The position numbers and the translations under genes were made by a program. 64,000 bases of DNA, taken from Dehalococcoidia bacterium (GTDB lineage: Bacteria > Chloroflexota > Dehalococcoidia > Plut-88900). Below the pieces are notes generated by a model. That model did no database searches, was not told where the DNA came from, and saw only the letters and a program-made list of their open reading frames with translations. Shown in pieces: positions 56,401-64,000 of the stretch. The stretch covers positions 480,001 to 544,000 of the forward strand of contig CBDFLQ010000006.1 in assembly GCA_965249275.1 (NCBI GenBank), written 5' to 3'. Position 1 is the first letter of the stretch. Every line of letters begins with the position of its first letter.

Positions 56401-58110
56401 ATGTCTGAGTTCGATGCCGTAATCAGGAACGGGACGGTAGTTGAGGCTACGGGGATACCGGCGTACAGGGCCGACGTCGGGATCAAGAACGGCAAGATTG
56501 CCCAGATAAGCGGCCGCATCAAGGGCTCCGGGGCTCGGGAACTGGATGCCACAGGGTGCATCGTTGCGCCGGGCGCGGTTGAACAGCACGCCCACTACGA
56601 CGGTCAGATCAACTGGGACCCGTACTGCAGTCTGTCCGGCTGGCATGGCATGACGTCGATGACCATAGGGCACTGTGGCTATGGAGTCGCCCCCGTGAGG
56701 CCCGAGGATCGGGAAGCCAACATGCAGCTCCACTCCCGCATAGAGGCTATACCACTTCATTCGATGCGGGCGGGCATTCGCTGGGACTGGGTCACATTCC
56801 CAGAGTACCTGGACAGCCTCCAACGGCAGGGTGTAGGAGTGAACGTGGGCGCAATGTTCGCGTATTCTCCCGCACGGGTATGGGTGATGGGAGCAGAAGA
56901 GGCAGCGAACAGGGCAGCGGTCACTAAAGAGGAACTGGACCAGATTCTTGCTCTATTCAGGGAAGCGCTGGACGCGGGAGCCTTCGGTTTCTCTCTGAAC
57001 AAGAACATGGCAGACCGACCGGCAACGGGAGGGTATCTGCCGACCCACGTGGCAGCCGACATCGAGTTCGAATCCCTGGCCCGAGTCCTCGGGGAGTACG
57101 GGCTCGGGGGGATCACGATGACCCTCGGTAGCACGGATGATGAGGGTAGGGACATGCTGGTCGAGAAGCTCGCCCAGGCCAGCGGCCGCCCCGTCCAGTT
57201 CGCCGCCCTGAACTACAGCGACCAGGACCCGGGCCTGTACAAGAAGCAGTTGGCCTGGGTGGAGGGCGCTAAGGCTCGGGGGCTCTCCATTTACGGCCAG
57301 TCCATCGCCATGCCGATAGACCCTAGGTTCAAGCTCTCGGAGTTCAACCTCCTCGACGATATGCCAAATTGGTTCATCGCCCTCCTTGGCACCCGGGAAG
57401 AGAGGATCGAGAGGCTTCAGCGCAAAGAGATACGGGACGGGATGAAGAGGGACATCGCCGAGTGGGAGGAGACGGACTTCCATAAGGACTGGTCAAAGAT
57501 CACTGTGATTGAGACGGTGCACGAGCGAAATTACAAATACGACGGCATGAGCATCGCCGAAATAGCTGCGTCGGAGGGCAAGGACCCCGTGGATGCATGG
57601 CTAGACCTGAGCCTTGACGAAGGTCTGGAAACCGAGTTCAGCCTCTCGGGGCTGATTGGCGGCAACGCCGAGGCGGACGTCGAGACGCTTACTCATCCCC
57701 TGACGCACCCGTCGTTCTCGGATGGCGGCGCCCACGTCCGGTTCTTCACAACCAGCACCTGGCCGACCTACCTGCTGAGCCACTGGGTCCGGGACCAGGG
57801 GGCACTGACCCTCGAACAGGCCCACTACAAGATGAGCGCTCTTCCGGCGTGGCTGGCCGGGTTCCGGGACAGGGGCATCCTCCGGGAAGGCATGGCCGCC
57901 GACACCATCGTCTACAACCTGGACGAGATAGGTTTCGAGACGGACAAGCCCGTGTATGCGACCGACTTCCCCGGCGGCGAGAAGAGACTCATCCAGAAGC
58001 CCAAGGGGATGCGATACATCATGGTCAACGGCACGGTGACTTTCGAGGAGAACAAGTGCACCGGAGCCCTGCCGGGCAACGTCTTGAGAAGCTACGACAT
58101 GATTGGCTAA
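56401..58110 (+). CDS. N-acyl-D-amino-acid deacylase family protein
   Basis: ADVGIKNGKI, HAHYDGQ..WDP, GHCGYGVAP, SDGGAH, DRGILREGMAAD. Confidence 0.9.
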   Translation: MSEFDAVIRNGTVVEATGIPAYRADVGIKNGKIAQISGRIKGSGARELDATGCIVAPGAVEQHAHYDGQINWDPYCSLSGWHGMTSMTIGHCGYGVAPVRPEDREANMQLHSRIEAIPLHSMRAGIRWDWVTFPEYLDSLQRQGVGVNVGAMFAYSPARVWVMGAEEAANRAAVTKEELDQILALFREALDAGAFGFSLNKNMADRPATGGYLPTHVAADIEFESLARVLGEYGLGGITMTLGSTDDEGRDMLVEKLAQASGRPVQFAALNYSDQDPGLYKKQLAWVEGAKARGLSIYGQSIAMPIDPRFKLSEFNLLDDMPNWFIALLGTREERIERLQRKEIRDGMKRDIAEWEETDFHKDWSKITVIETVHERNYKYDGMSIAEIAASEGKDPVDAWLDLSLDEGLETEFSLSGLIGGNAEADVETLTHPLTHPSFSDGGAHVRFFTTSTWPTYLLSHWVRDQGALTLEQAHYKMSALPAWLAGFRDRGILREGMAADTIVYNLDEIGFETDKPVYATDFPGGEKRLIQKPKGMRYIMVNGTVTFEENKCTGALPGNVLRSYDMIG

Positions 58111-58185
58111 GGGTGCGATTCATACGATAACCTTATAGGGGGGCGAGACTCGTCCCCCTATACTTTTGTGGACGAGCAGCCAGAT

Positions 58186-58497
58186 ATGCGCATAAAAGAA
58201 GGCAACAGGCCCACAGTCCGCCGCGGCGATTCCTTCGAGGTCGAGGTTGACGGTGTTCCGACCCCGGCCCATCACGGTGAGACGGTTGCATCGGTGATGT
58301 TGGCCAGCGGCAGTCGGACGCTACGAAACACCCGGAAGGAGGGCAAGCCTCGGGGGCTGTTTTGCGGTATCGGGGTGTGCTATGACTGTCTGGTGGTGGT
58401 GGATAGAAGGGCTAACGTGCGGGCCTGCATGACTAGGGCCGTACCGGGCATGAAGGTGCGGACGCAGCAAGGCATTGGGGGGGAGGAAGAGGAGTGA
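58186..58497 (+). CDS. Small (2Fe-2S) subunit, HcnA/opine oxidase/sarcosine oxidase alpha N-terminus-like
   Basis: GETVASVMLASG, PRGLFCGIGVCYDCLV, RAC. Confidence 0.9.
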   Translation: MRIKEGNRPTVRRGDSFEVEVDGVPTPAHHGETVASVMLASGSRTLRNTRKEGKPRGLFCGIGVCYDCLVVVDRRANVRACMTRAVPGMKVRTQQGIGGEEEE

Positions 58498-59900
58498 GCA
58501 GCGTCGACCTGGCGATAATCGGGGCGGGGCCGGCGGGACTATCGGCGGCGCTGGCTGCGGCGTCGTGCGGGCTCCGACCTGTCGTCATCGACGAAAATCC
58601 TGCTCCCGGTGGACAAATCTACCGGCAGCTTCCCGCCGATTTCCGTGTTGAAAGGGCCAAGGCGCTCGGGCACACGTACGAAAAGGGACAAAGACTGCTA
58701 GCCAAAGCGCATCAAGCCAATATCGACATGAGGCTCGGTACGACAGTCTGGGGGTTGTTCGATCCGCTGACTCTCGGGCTGGACAGAGGGGGAAGTGCAG
58801 AGTCGGTGCAGTGCGAGGCCTTGATCCTTGCGACGGGCGGCTACGACCGAGCAGTCCCCTTCCCAGGATGGACACTCCCCGGCGTAATGACTCTCGGCGG
58901 GGCGCAGACGTTGGTAAAGAGCCAGAGGATGCTGCCGGGGAAAAGGATAGTCCTTTCGGGGTCAGGGCCGTTCCTTCTGCCGGTAGCGTCGCAGCTGATA
59001 CGGGGCGGGGCTAAGATCGTCGCATTGCTAGAGGCCTCTCGGCCCACGGGGTGGCTCTCAAAGGCCACTTCACTTTGGGGTCAATGGGAGCGTTTCCAGG
59101 AGGCTTGGGAATACCTGACTCCCTTGGTAAGGGCCCGCATTCGGATGCGGTTTGGGCAGGCAGTAATTGAGGCATTGGGCAGTGACAAGGTGGAAGGGGT
59201 CGTAACAGCGTCTCTGGACAAGGACTGGCGCCCGATACCAGGCTCAGAGCGGACCATCGCCGCGGACGTCGTGGCAGTTGGCTATGGCTTCTCCATCAAC
59301 ACGCAGCTTTCCCGGCTGTGCCGGTGCGATCACGAGTTCAAAGCCGGCTACGGCGGCTGGACCGTCAAGGCCGACTCCCGGCAAGCCACTTCCGTAGCCA
59401 ACGTCTTCGCGGCGGGTGAGGCCACGGGTATCGGGGGTTCGGACATTGCGACGGCCGAGGGCGCCATAGCCGGGTACTCAGCGGCGGAGGCCTTGGGGCG
59501 CATCACGGAGTCGGAAGCTCGGGAGCGTCAGGCGCCCCACGTGAGTAGACTAAGAAAGCTACGGCCCTTCGCCAGGATGATGGCCGAGCTGTTCGCGCCA
59601 AGGGACGGGCTGTTGGAAGTAACCACGCCCGACACCATAGTGTGCAGGTGCGAGGAAGTCTCGGCGGCCCAGGTTAACCAAGCCATCGACTCAGGGGCCA
59701 ATGACGTGAGCGGGGTGAAGTCCAGGACGCGGGTGGGGATGGGGTTTTGCCAGGGTCGAGTGTGCGGGGCGGCGGTGGCAGGGCTGATAGCGCGGCGCAC
59801 GGGGCGGCCTGAGGTCGAGGCGGGGGCCTATACCGGCAGGCCGATAGTGAAGCCCGTGTCGATGGGGGCGCTGGCGAAGATGGAGCAGAGCGAGTCATGA
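58494..59900 (+). CDS. FAD/NAD(P)-dependent oxidoreductase, HcnB/OoxA-like with C-terminal BFD-like Fe-S domain
   Basis: IIGAGPAG, PGGQIYRQ, PFPGWTLPGV, VCRCEEV, TRVGMGFCQGRVC. Confidence 0.92.
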   Translation: MSSVDLAIIGAGPAGLSAALAAASCGLRPVVIDENPAPGGQIYRQLPADFRVERAKALGHTYEKGQRLLAKAHQANIDMRLGTTVWGLFDPLTLGLDRGGSAESVQCEALILATGGYDRAVPFPGWTLPGVMTLGGAQTLVKSQRMLPGKRIVLSGSGPFLLPVASQLIRGGAKIVALLEASRPTGWLSKATSLWGQWERFQEAWEYLTPLVRARIRMRFGQAVIEALGSDKVEGVVTASLDKDWRPIPGSERTIAADVVAVGYGFSINTQLSRLCRCDHEFKAGYGGWTVKADSRQATSVANVFAAGEATGIGGSDIATAEGAIAGYSAAEALGRITESEARERQAPHVSRLRKLRPFARMMAELFAPRDGLLEVTTPDTIVCRCEEVSAAQVNQAIDSGANDVSGVKSRTRVGMGFCQGRVCGAAVAGLIARRTGRPEVEAGAYTGRPIVKPVSMGALAKMEQSES

Positions 59901-61057
59901 GTCGAACCGTCGCAACGGCTGACGCGGTGGTGATCGGCGGGGGGATAGTCGGGACTTCCACGGCGTACCACCTGACACGGATGGGAGCCAAGGTGACGCT
60001 GCTGGAACGGGGGGCTATTGCGTCGGGGACTTCAGGGGCGTGCGACGGGCAGATCCTGATCGCTGACCGGCACCCGGGCCCTGAGCTGGAACTGGGCAAG
60101 CTGGCCGTGCGTCGGTGGAAGGAACTAGCCGCCGAGCTCCCGTTCGATGTCGAGTACGAGGTGAATGGGAGCACGCTCATAGCGGAGGTGGAGGAGGACC
60201 TGGGTGTATTGGCCAAGCTGGTGAAGTCACTTCAGGACGAGTCGGTGGCCGCCGAACTGATAGAGGGCCCGGCGGCGCGGGAACTGGAACCCAACCTGGC
60301 GGAAGACATACCCGGCTTGGCCTTCTTCCCGGGGCACGGGCAGGTGCAGCCCCAACTGGCGTCGTGGGCCATGGCGGAGGCGGCGAGGCTTGGCGGGGCG
60401 GACGTTAGGACCTATGCGCCGGTTACCGGGATAGGGAGGGACAGCGATGGAAAAATCTCGGCGGTGTTGGCCGGAAATGACCGGATAGCGACACCTGTGG
60501 TGGTGAATGCGTCGGGGGCGTGGAGTGCGTCGATTGGGGAGATGGTGAGTGTAGAGGTGCCGGTTATACCCCGGCGAGGGCACATCCTGGTGTCGGAGCC
60601 CGCGTCTGCGATAATTAAACACGCTGCGATGGGCGCATCATATACCCGCACAATCGACGCTGAGGCGGCGAGCCTGCAGGTGGCAACGGTTATCGAACAC
60701 ACCAAGAGCGGGCCGATGCTTCTAGGGAGCAGCCGGGAGTTCATAGGGTTCGACGGCTACGAGCAGTTGGCAGCGGTAACGGGCATAGCGGCAGGCGCGG
60801 TACGCTTCTTCCCGGCCTTGGCCGGGGTGCAGATCATGCGGTGCTACACGGGGTTCCGGCCCTACACCGCAGACCACCTACCGATCATCGGGGCTTGTGG
60901 AGCCGTGCCAGGTTTCTACCTGAACACGGGCCACGAGGGTGGCGGGATCTGCATGGGGCCCGTTTCTGGGATGCTGGTGGCACAGTTGATCACGGGGCAG
61001 GATCCGGCGATACCGATGGAGCCGTATAACATTTCCCGGTTTGGGATGAAGGCCTAG
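59897..61057 (+). CDS. FAD-dependent D-amino-acid oxidase-family subunit (HcnC/OoxB-like)
   Basis: VIGGGIVG, GTSGACDG, PRRGH, GFRPYTADHLPIIG, GHEGGG. Confidence 0.92.
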   Translation: MSRTVATADAVVIGGGIVGTSTAYHLTRMGAKVTLLERGAIASGTSGACDGQILIADRHPGPELELGKLAVRRWKELAAELPFDVEYEVNGSTLIAEVEEDLGVLAKLVKSLQDESVAAELIEGPAARELEPNLAEDIPGLAFFPGHGQVQPQLASWAMAEAARLGGADVRTYAPVTGIGRDSDGKISAVLAGNDRIATPVVVNASGAWSASIGEMVSVEVPVIPRRGHILVSEPASAIIKHAAMGASYTRTIDAEAASLQVATVIEHTKSGPMLLGSSREFIGFDGYEQLAAVTGIAAGAVRFFPALAGVQIMRCYTGFRPYTADHLPIIGACGAVPGFYLNTGHEGGGICMGPVSGMLVAQLITGQDPAIPMEPYNISRFGMKA

Positions 61058-61087
61058 CGTTTGGCTTTCACCAAAGAGAAGGGCCAC

Positions 61088-61165
61088 CACCCGCTCGACC
61101 CTTTGACTCGGCTCAGGGTGAGCGGCCCCTCCTGGGGATGGATTCCCGATCGGGGTCGGGAATGT
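61088..61165. repeat. REP-like palindromic repeats
   Basis: CCGCTCGACCCTTTGACTCGGCTCAGGGTGAGCGG (inverse of the unit near 45925-45958) and GGATTCCCGATCGGGGTCGGGAATG. Confidence 0.7.
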
Positions 61166-61264
61166 CGGAGGGTGGGGACGCATTGCTCGGAGCCCGAGTG
61201 GTTGAAGAAGTGATTTGGCACACCTATAATCGGGCAACGAACTGCCCGTTTAAGGAGAAAATGA

Positions 61265-61975
61265 ATGGCCATTGATCGAATACCCCCCGGACTGATCCCG
61301 AGCAGTGGCTCGCATACTTTTACGGAAGACTCGATCCCCGATGCTCTTCAGAAGGAGCACAAGCTGGCCGCGGGGCATTGGGGCGTGCTGCATGTATTTG
61401 AAGGCAGTCTCAATTTTGTAGACATCGGTAGCGGGGAGCAGAGAACCGTGTCGGCGCCGGACCTGGTGACCATTCACCCCGAGGCACCGCATCGGGTGGA
61501 AGTGGAAGACCCCGTAAGCTGCCGGGTCGACTTCTTCAGGGAGCCGGATGCGGGCTCCTCAATGTCGACGCCCGGGGCGTTCGCCGAACAGGACGTGCGG
61601 AGCAGCTTCGATCGGTGTGAAGCGAACGGGAACTTTGCGGAGACTTTCTACAACAATTTCCTCAACTCTTCGCCGGAGATAGCGCCGTATTTCGCTGCGA
61701 CGGACTTCGAGAAGCAGCGGAAGGTGCTGCGTCAGTCGGTCTACATGATGGTGACCAACGACGTGGCAGACCCGGGGATGAGGGACATGCTGGGCAATCT
61801 CGCCAGAATTCATAGCCGGGCGTGGCGGGACATACATCCTAAGCTGTATGAGTTGTGGTTGGACGGTATCTGCAAGGCGGCAAGCACCCTGGACCCGGAG
61901 TGGAGTGAGGATTTGGAGAGGAAGTGGAAGGTGCGGCTGCGGGACGGGATGCAGATTATCATGGCGGCTTATTAG
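61265..61975 (+). CDS. DUF1971 (YeaR/TehB-N cupin)-globin fusion protein
   Basis: N-term FTEDSIPDALQKEH..GHWGVLHVFEGSL..IHPEAPHRV; C-term SFDRC..FAETFY..F..SSPEIAPYFAATDFEKQ..L..IHSR..IHPKLYELW globin pattern. Confidence 0.82.
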   Translation: MAIDRIPPGLIPSSGSHTFTEDSIPDALQKEHKLAAGHWGVLHVFEGSLNFVDIGSGEQRTVSAPDLVTIHPEAPHRVEVEDPVSCRVDFFREPDAGSSMSTPGAFAEQDVRSSFDRCEANGNFAETFYNNFLNSSPEIAPYFAATDFEKQRKVLRQSVYMMVTNDVADPGMRDMLGNLARIHSRAWRDIHPKLYELWLDGICKAASTLDPEWSEDLERKWKVRLRDGMQIIMAAY

Positions 61976-61989
61976 GCTTTGGGCGGGGG

Positions 61990-62015
61990 AGGGCAGGCCT
62001 CGTGTCTGCCCCTAC
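61990..62015 (-). repeat. GTAG-type REP-like hairpin
   Basis: Minus strand GTAGGGGCAGACACGAGGCCTGCCC. Confidence 0.55.
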
Positions 62016-62077
62016 GGCGGATAGGGCGATTGCGGCCGTTCACGAGCTTAGGGACAACAGCGGGAGGCCGTTCGGTT

Positions 62078-63280
62078 TTAGCCTACGGCGCCCGATTCCC
62101 GGAGGGCGGTTATTTCTGTGGTTGTATAGCCAACTCCGGCCAGAACCTCTTCGGTATTCTGGCCGATCTCCGGGGAGAAGCTGCGGGGCTGCAGGGACTC
62201 TCCGGCGTACTTGAAGGGCACTCCCACTTGCTTGACCGCGCCCAGGGTCGGGTGATGCATCTCGACAACCATCTCCCGGGCCTGGACCTGAGGGTCGGTA
62301 GCGACTTCGTCGATGGCATAGACTCGGCCCACCGCGCTATCTATTTCGCTGAGAATGTCGAACCACTCGTCTCGGGTGCGGGTTAGGAAGGCCTTGGCTA
62401 TCTCTGCCTTAACACGTTCGTCGTCCATACCGTGCTCGTATTGGTCGGCAATGTCTTCGAGGCCCATGGCCTTGCAGAGAGCAACATAGAACCAGGGCTC
62501 CAGGCTGGCTATCGAGATAAACTTGTCGTCCTTGGTGCGGTATATGGCGTAGCGGGGATTGCCGCCCGCCAGGGGCGATTTTCCGAGAACCGGCACGTTC
62601 CCAGTCTTGAAGTAGTCTTCGAACATGGTGGCCATGAGATACATGACACCGTCGGTCATGGCCACGTCTACGTACCTGCCGCGGCCCGTGGCCCTTCTAT
62701 CTACCAGCGCGGCTAGGACTGCAACCGCAGCGGTGAGGCCACCGCCTGCGAAGTCGGCGAGGAGGTTCCAGGGGATAGCGTGACCGCCCTCGGAATTCCC
62801 GATCGTGCCCTGGGCCCCAGCGGTAGAGGTGTAATTGATATCGTGGCCGACCATGCTCTTGTAGGGGCCGGTCTGGCCGTAGCCCGTGACCGATAGATAG
62901 ACGATGCCGGGATTGATGCCGCTGATGGTATCGTAGTCGACGCCGAGGCGCTTGACGACGCCGGGCCTGTACTCTTCGACGAAAACATCGGCGTCCTTGA
63001 CGAGCTTGTAGAGGACCTGTCTCGCGTCATCGTTCTTGAGGTTCAGGCCAATGCTGCGCTTGTTGCGGCCCATGGGGTCGAAGGCGTTCTCCTCCTCGGA
63101 GCGATTAAGCCAGTGGGCCCCGGAGATGGCTCCCTTGACCGCAGCCCTTCTGCCGCTCAGGGCGAACTCCTCGATTTTCAGAATATCGGCGCCAAGGTCG
63201 CCGAGGACCATGGTGCAGAAGGGGCCAGGGGCCATGCGGGAGAGGTCGACTACCTTTACGCCTTCGAGGGGGAGAGTCAT
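62078..63280 (-). CDS. CaiB/BaiF family III CoA-transferase
   Basis: PLEGVKVVDLSRMAPGP, RNKRSIGLNLK, GYGQTGPY, GHDINY, ADFAGG. Confidence 0.95.
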   Translation of the reverse strand: MTLPLEGVKVVDLSRMAPGPFCTMVLGDLGADILKIEEFALSGRRAAVKGAISGAHWLNRSEEENAFDPMGRNKRSIGLNLKNDDARQVLYKLVKDADVFVEEYRPGVVKRLGVDYDTISGINPGIVYLSVTGYGQTGPYKSMVGHDINYTSTAGAQGTIGNSEGGHAIPWNLLADFAGGGLTAAVAVLAALVDRRATGRGRYVDVAMTDGVMYLMATMFEDYFKTGNVPVLGKSPLAGGNPRYAIYRTKDDKFISIASLEPWFYVALCKAMGLEDIADQYEHGMDDERVKAEIAKAFLTRTRDEWFDILSEIDSAVGRVYAIDEVATDPQVQAREMVVEMHHPTLGAVKQVGVPFKYAGESLQPRSFSPEIGQNTEEVLAGVGYTTTEITALRESGAVG

Positions 63281-63343
63281 TTTTGAGGTCCTCCTGTTTT
63301 GGAGTCGGGACTAATGCTTCGACGTTTATATGCAGACGGGGAG

Positions 63344-63480
63344 TCACCCTCACTCTCCTCAGCGAGCCTACGGCCCTAGCCCTCTCCCATCGAGGGAGCT
63401 TTGCGTAACTACGGGCATGGGGCCGGGACACCCCGCCCATTCCGCTCTTGAGACCCTTCGACTCGGCTCAGGGCGAGCGG
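63344..63480. repeat. REP-like repeat cluster
   Basis: TCACCCTCACTCTCCTCAGCGAGCCTACGGCCCTAGCCCTCTCCCATC is the inverse of the ~45615-45685 unit; GACCCTTCGACTCGGCTCAGGGCGAGCGG. Confidence 0.75.
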
Positions 63481-63575
63481 AATACCCCACCCTAGGAATG
63501 GAAAGGCCATACTTCGTGAGGCGGCTCGGGGGACGGAATGACGGATATGTAATGGGCTCTTGCAAGTTGTATGAC

Positions 63576-64000
63576 TCATGTTTCGGTGGTGATGACGCCC
63601 TCGGCGATGAGGTCACCGATCTGTTCGTCGGTCATGCCGAGGATCTCCTTGTAGACGAATTCGTTGTGCTGGCCGAGAGTCGGGGCGGCGGTGAGGGTGC
63701 CGGGAGTGCGGGAGAGATCGAAGGAAAAGCCGTCGTAGGCGTGACGACCGATAACCTGATGGTCAAGATAATGGAAGAAGCCTCGGTGCTTGACCTGGAG
63801 GTCGTTGAACTGGCCCTCGGCGCTCAGTACCACACCTGCGGAGACGCCCACCGATTGCAGGGTCTCCATGACATCTTGCGCTTCCCGATCGCGGGTCCAT
63901 TCTCCGATAAGGCGGTCTAGCTCGTCTTCGTTGGCTTTTCTCGCTTCCAGGGTCGCGAAGCGCGGGTCGCGTACGATATCGGGTCTGTTCAAGACCATGC
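63576..64000 (-). CDS. CaiB/BaiF CoA-transferase, C-terminal part (truncated by window edge)
   Basis: DPRFAT..RKANEDELD, D.QVKHRG, LSRTPG..APTLGQHN. Confidence 0.85.
   Translation of the reverse strand, partial: MVLNRPDIVRDPRFATLEARKANEDELDRLIGEWTRDREAQDVMETLQSVGVSAGVVLSAEGQFNDLQVKHRGFFHYLDHQVIGRHAYDGFSFDLSRTPGTLTAAPTLGQHNEFVYKEILGMTDEQIGDLIAEGVITTET

Noticed and set aside
58186-61057. Hydrogen cyanide synthase hcnABC call
   Set aside because: The same architecture covers opine and D-hydroxyproline dehydrogenases; catabolic context gives no support for cyanogenesis

Overview
GC-rich 64-kb chromosomal window, most consistent with a Chloroflexota (Dehalococcoidia/SAR202-like) heterotroph. This taxonomy is inferred from gene content, not from a database search. 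The window is dominated by paralogous catabolic genes: ten Amidohydro_2-type amidohydrolases, a PTER-like hydrolase, a D-aminoacylase, three luciferase-like (LLM) flavin/F420 oxidoreductases, five MFS transporters, PLP aminotransferases, a Rieske oxygenase, a fused 2Fe-2S/molybdopterin oxidoreductase, an HcnABC/opine-oxidase-like trio and CoA-transferases. Housekeeping genes include acnA, bcp and comM. Other elements are a Doc toxin-antitoxin pair and an intact IS481 inserted into a REP-like palindrome. The most unusual signal is a ~710-bp non-coding element present twice (20065-20780 and 46171-46873). Each copy has a sigma70 promoter containing a LexA-like GTAC-N4-GTAC box and a ~395-nt multi-hairpin domain closed by a 14-bp long-range helix, making it a candidate undescribed large structured RNA. 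Also notable: a tandem ferritin-like pair in which one partner lost all four Glu metal ligands (alpha/beta di-iron enzyme), a stand-alone 5S rRNA gene with its own promoter, a DddP-like M24 enzyme, a DUF1971-globin fusion, nested REP-in-REP insertions and an unannotated Ddn-family pseudogene.
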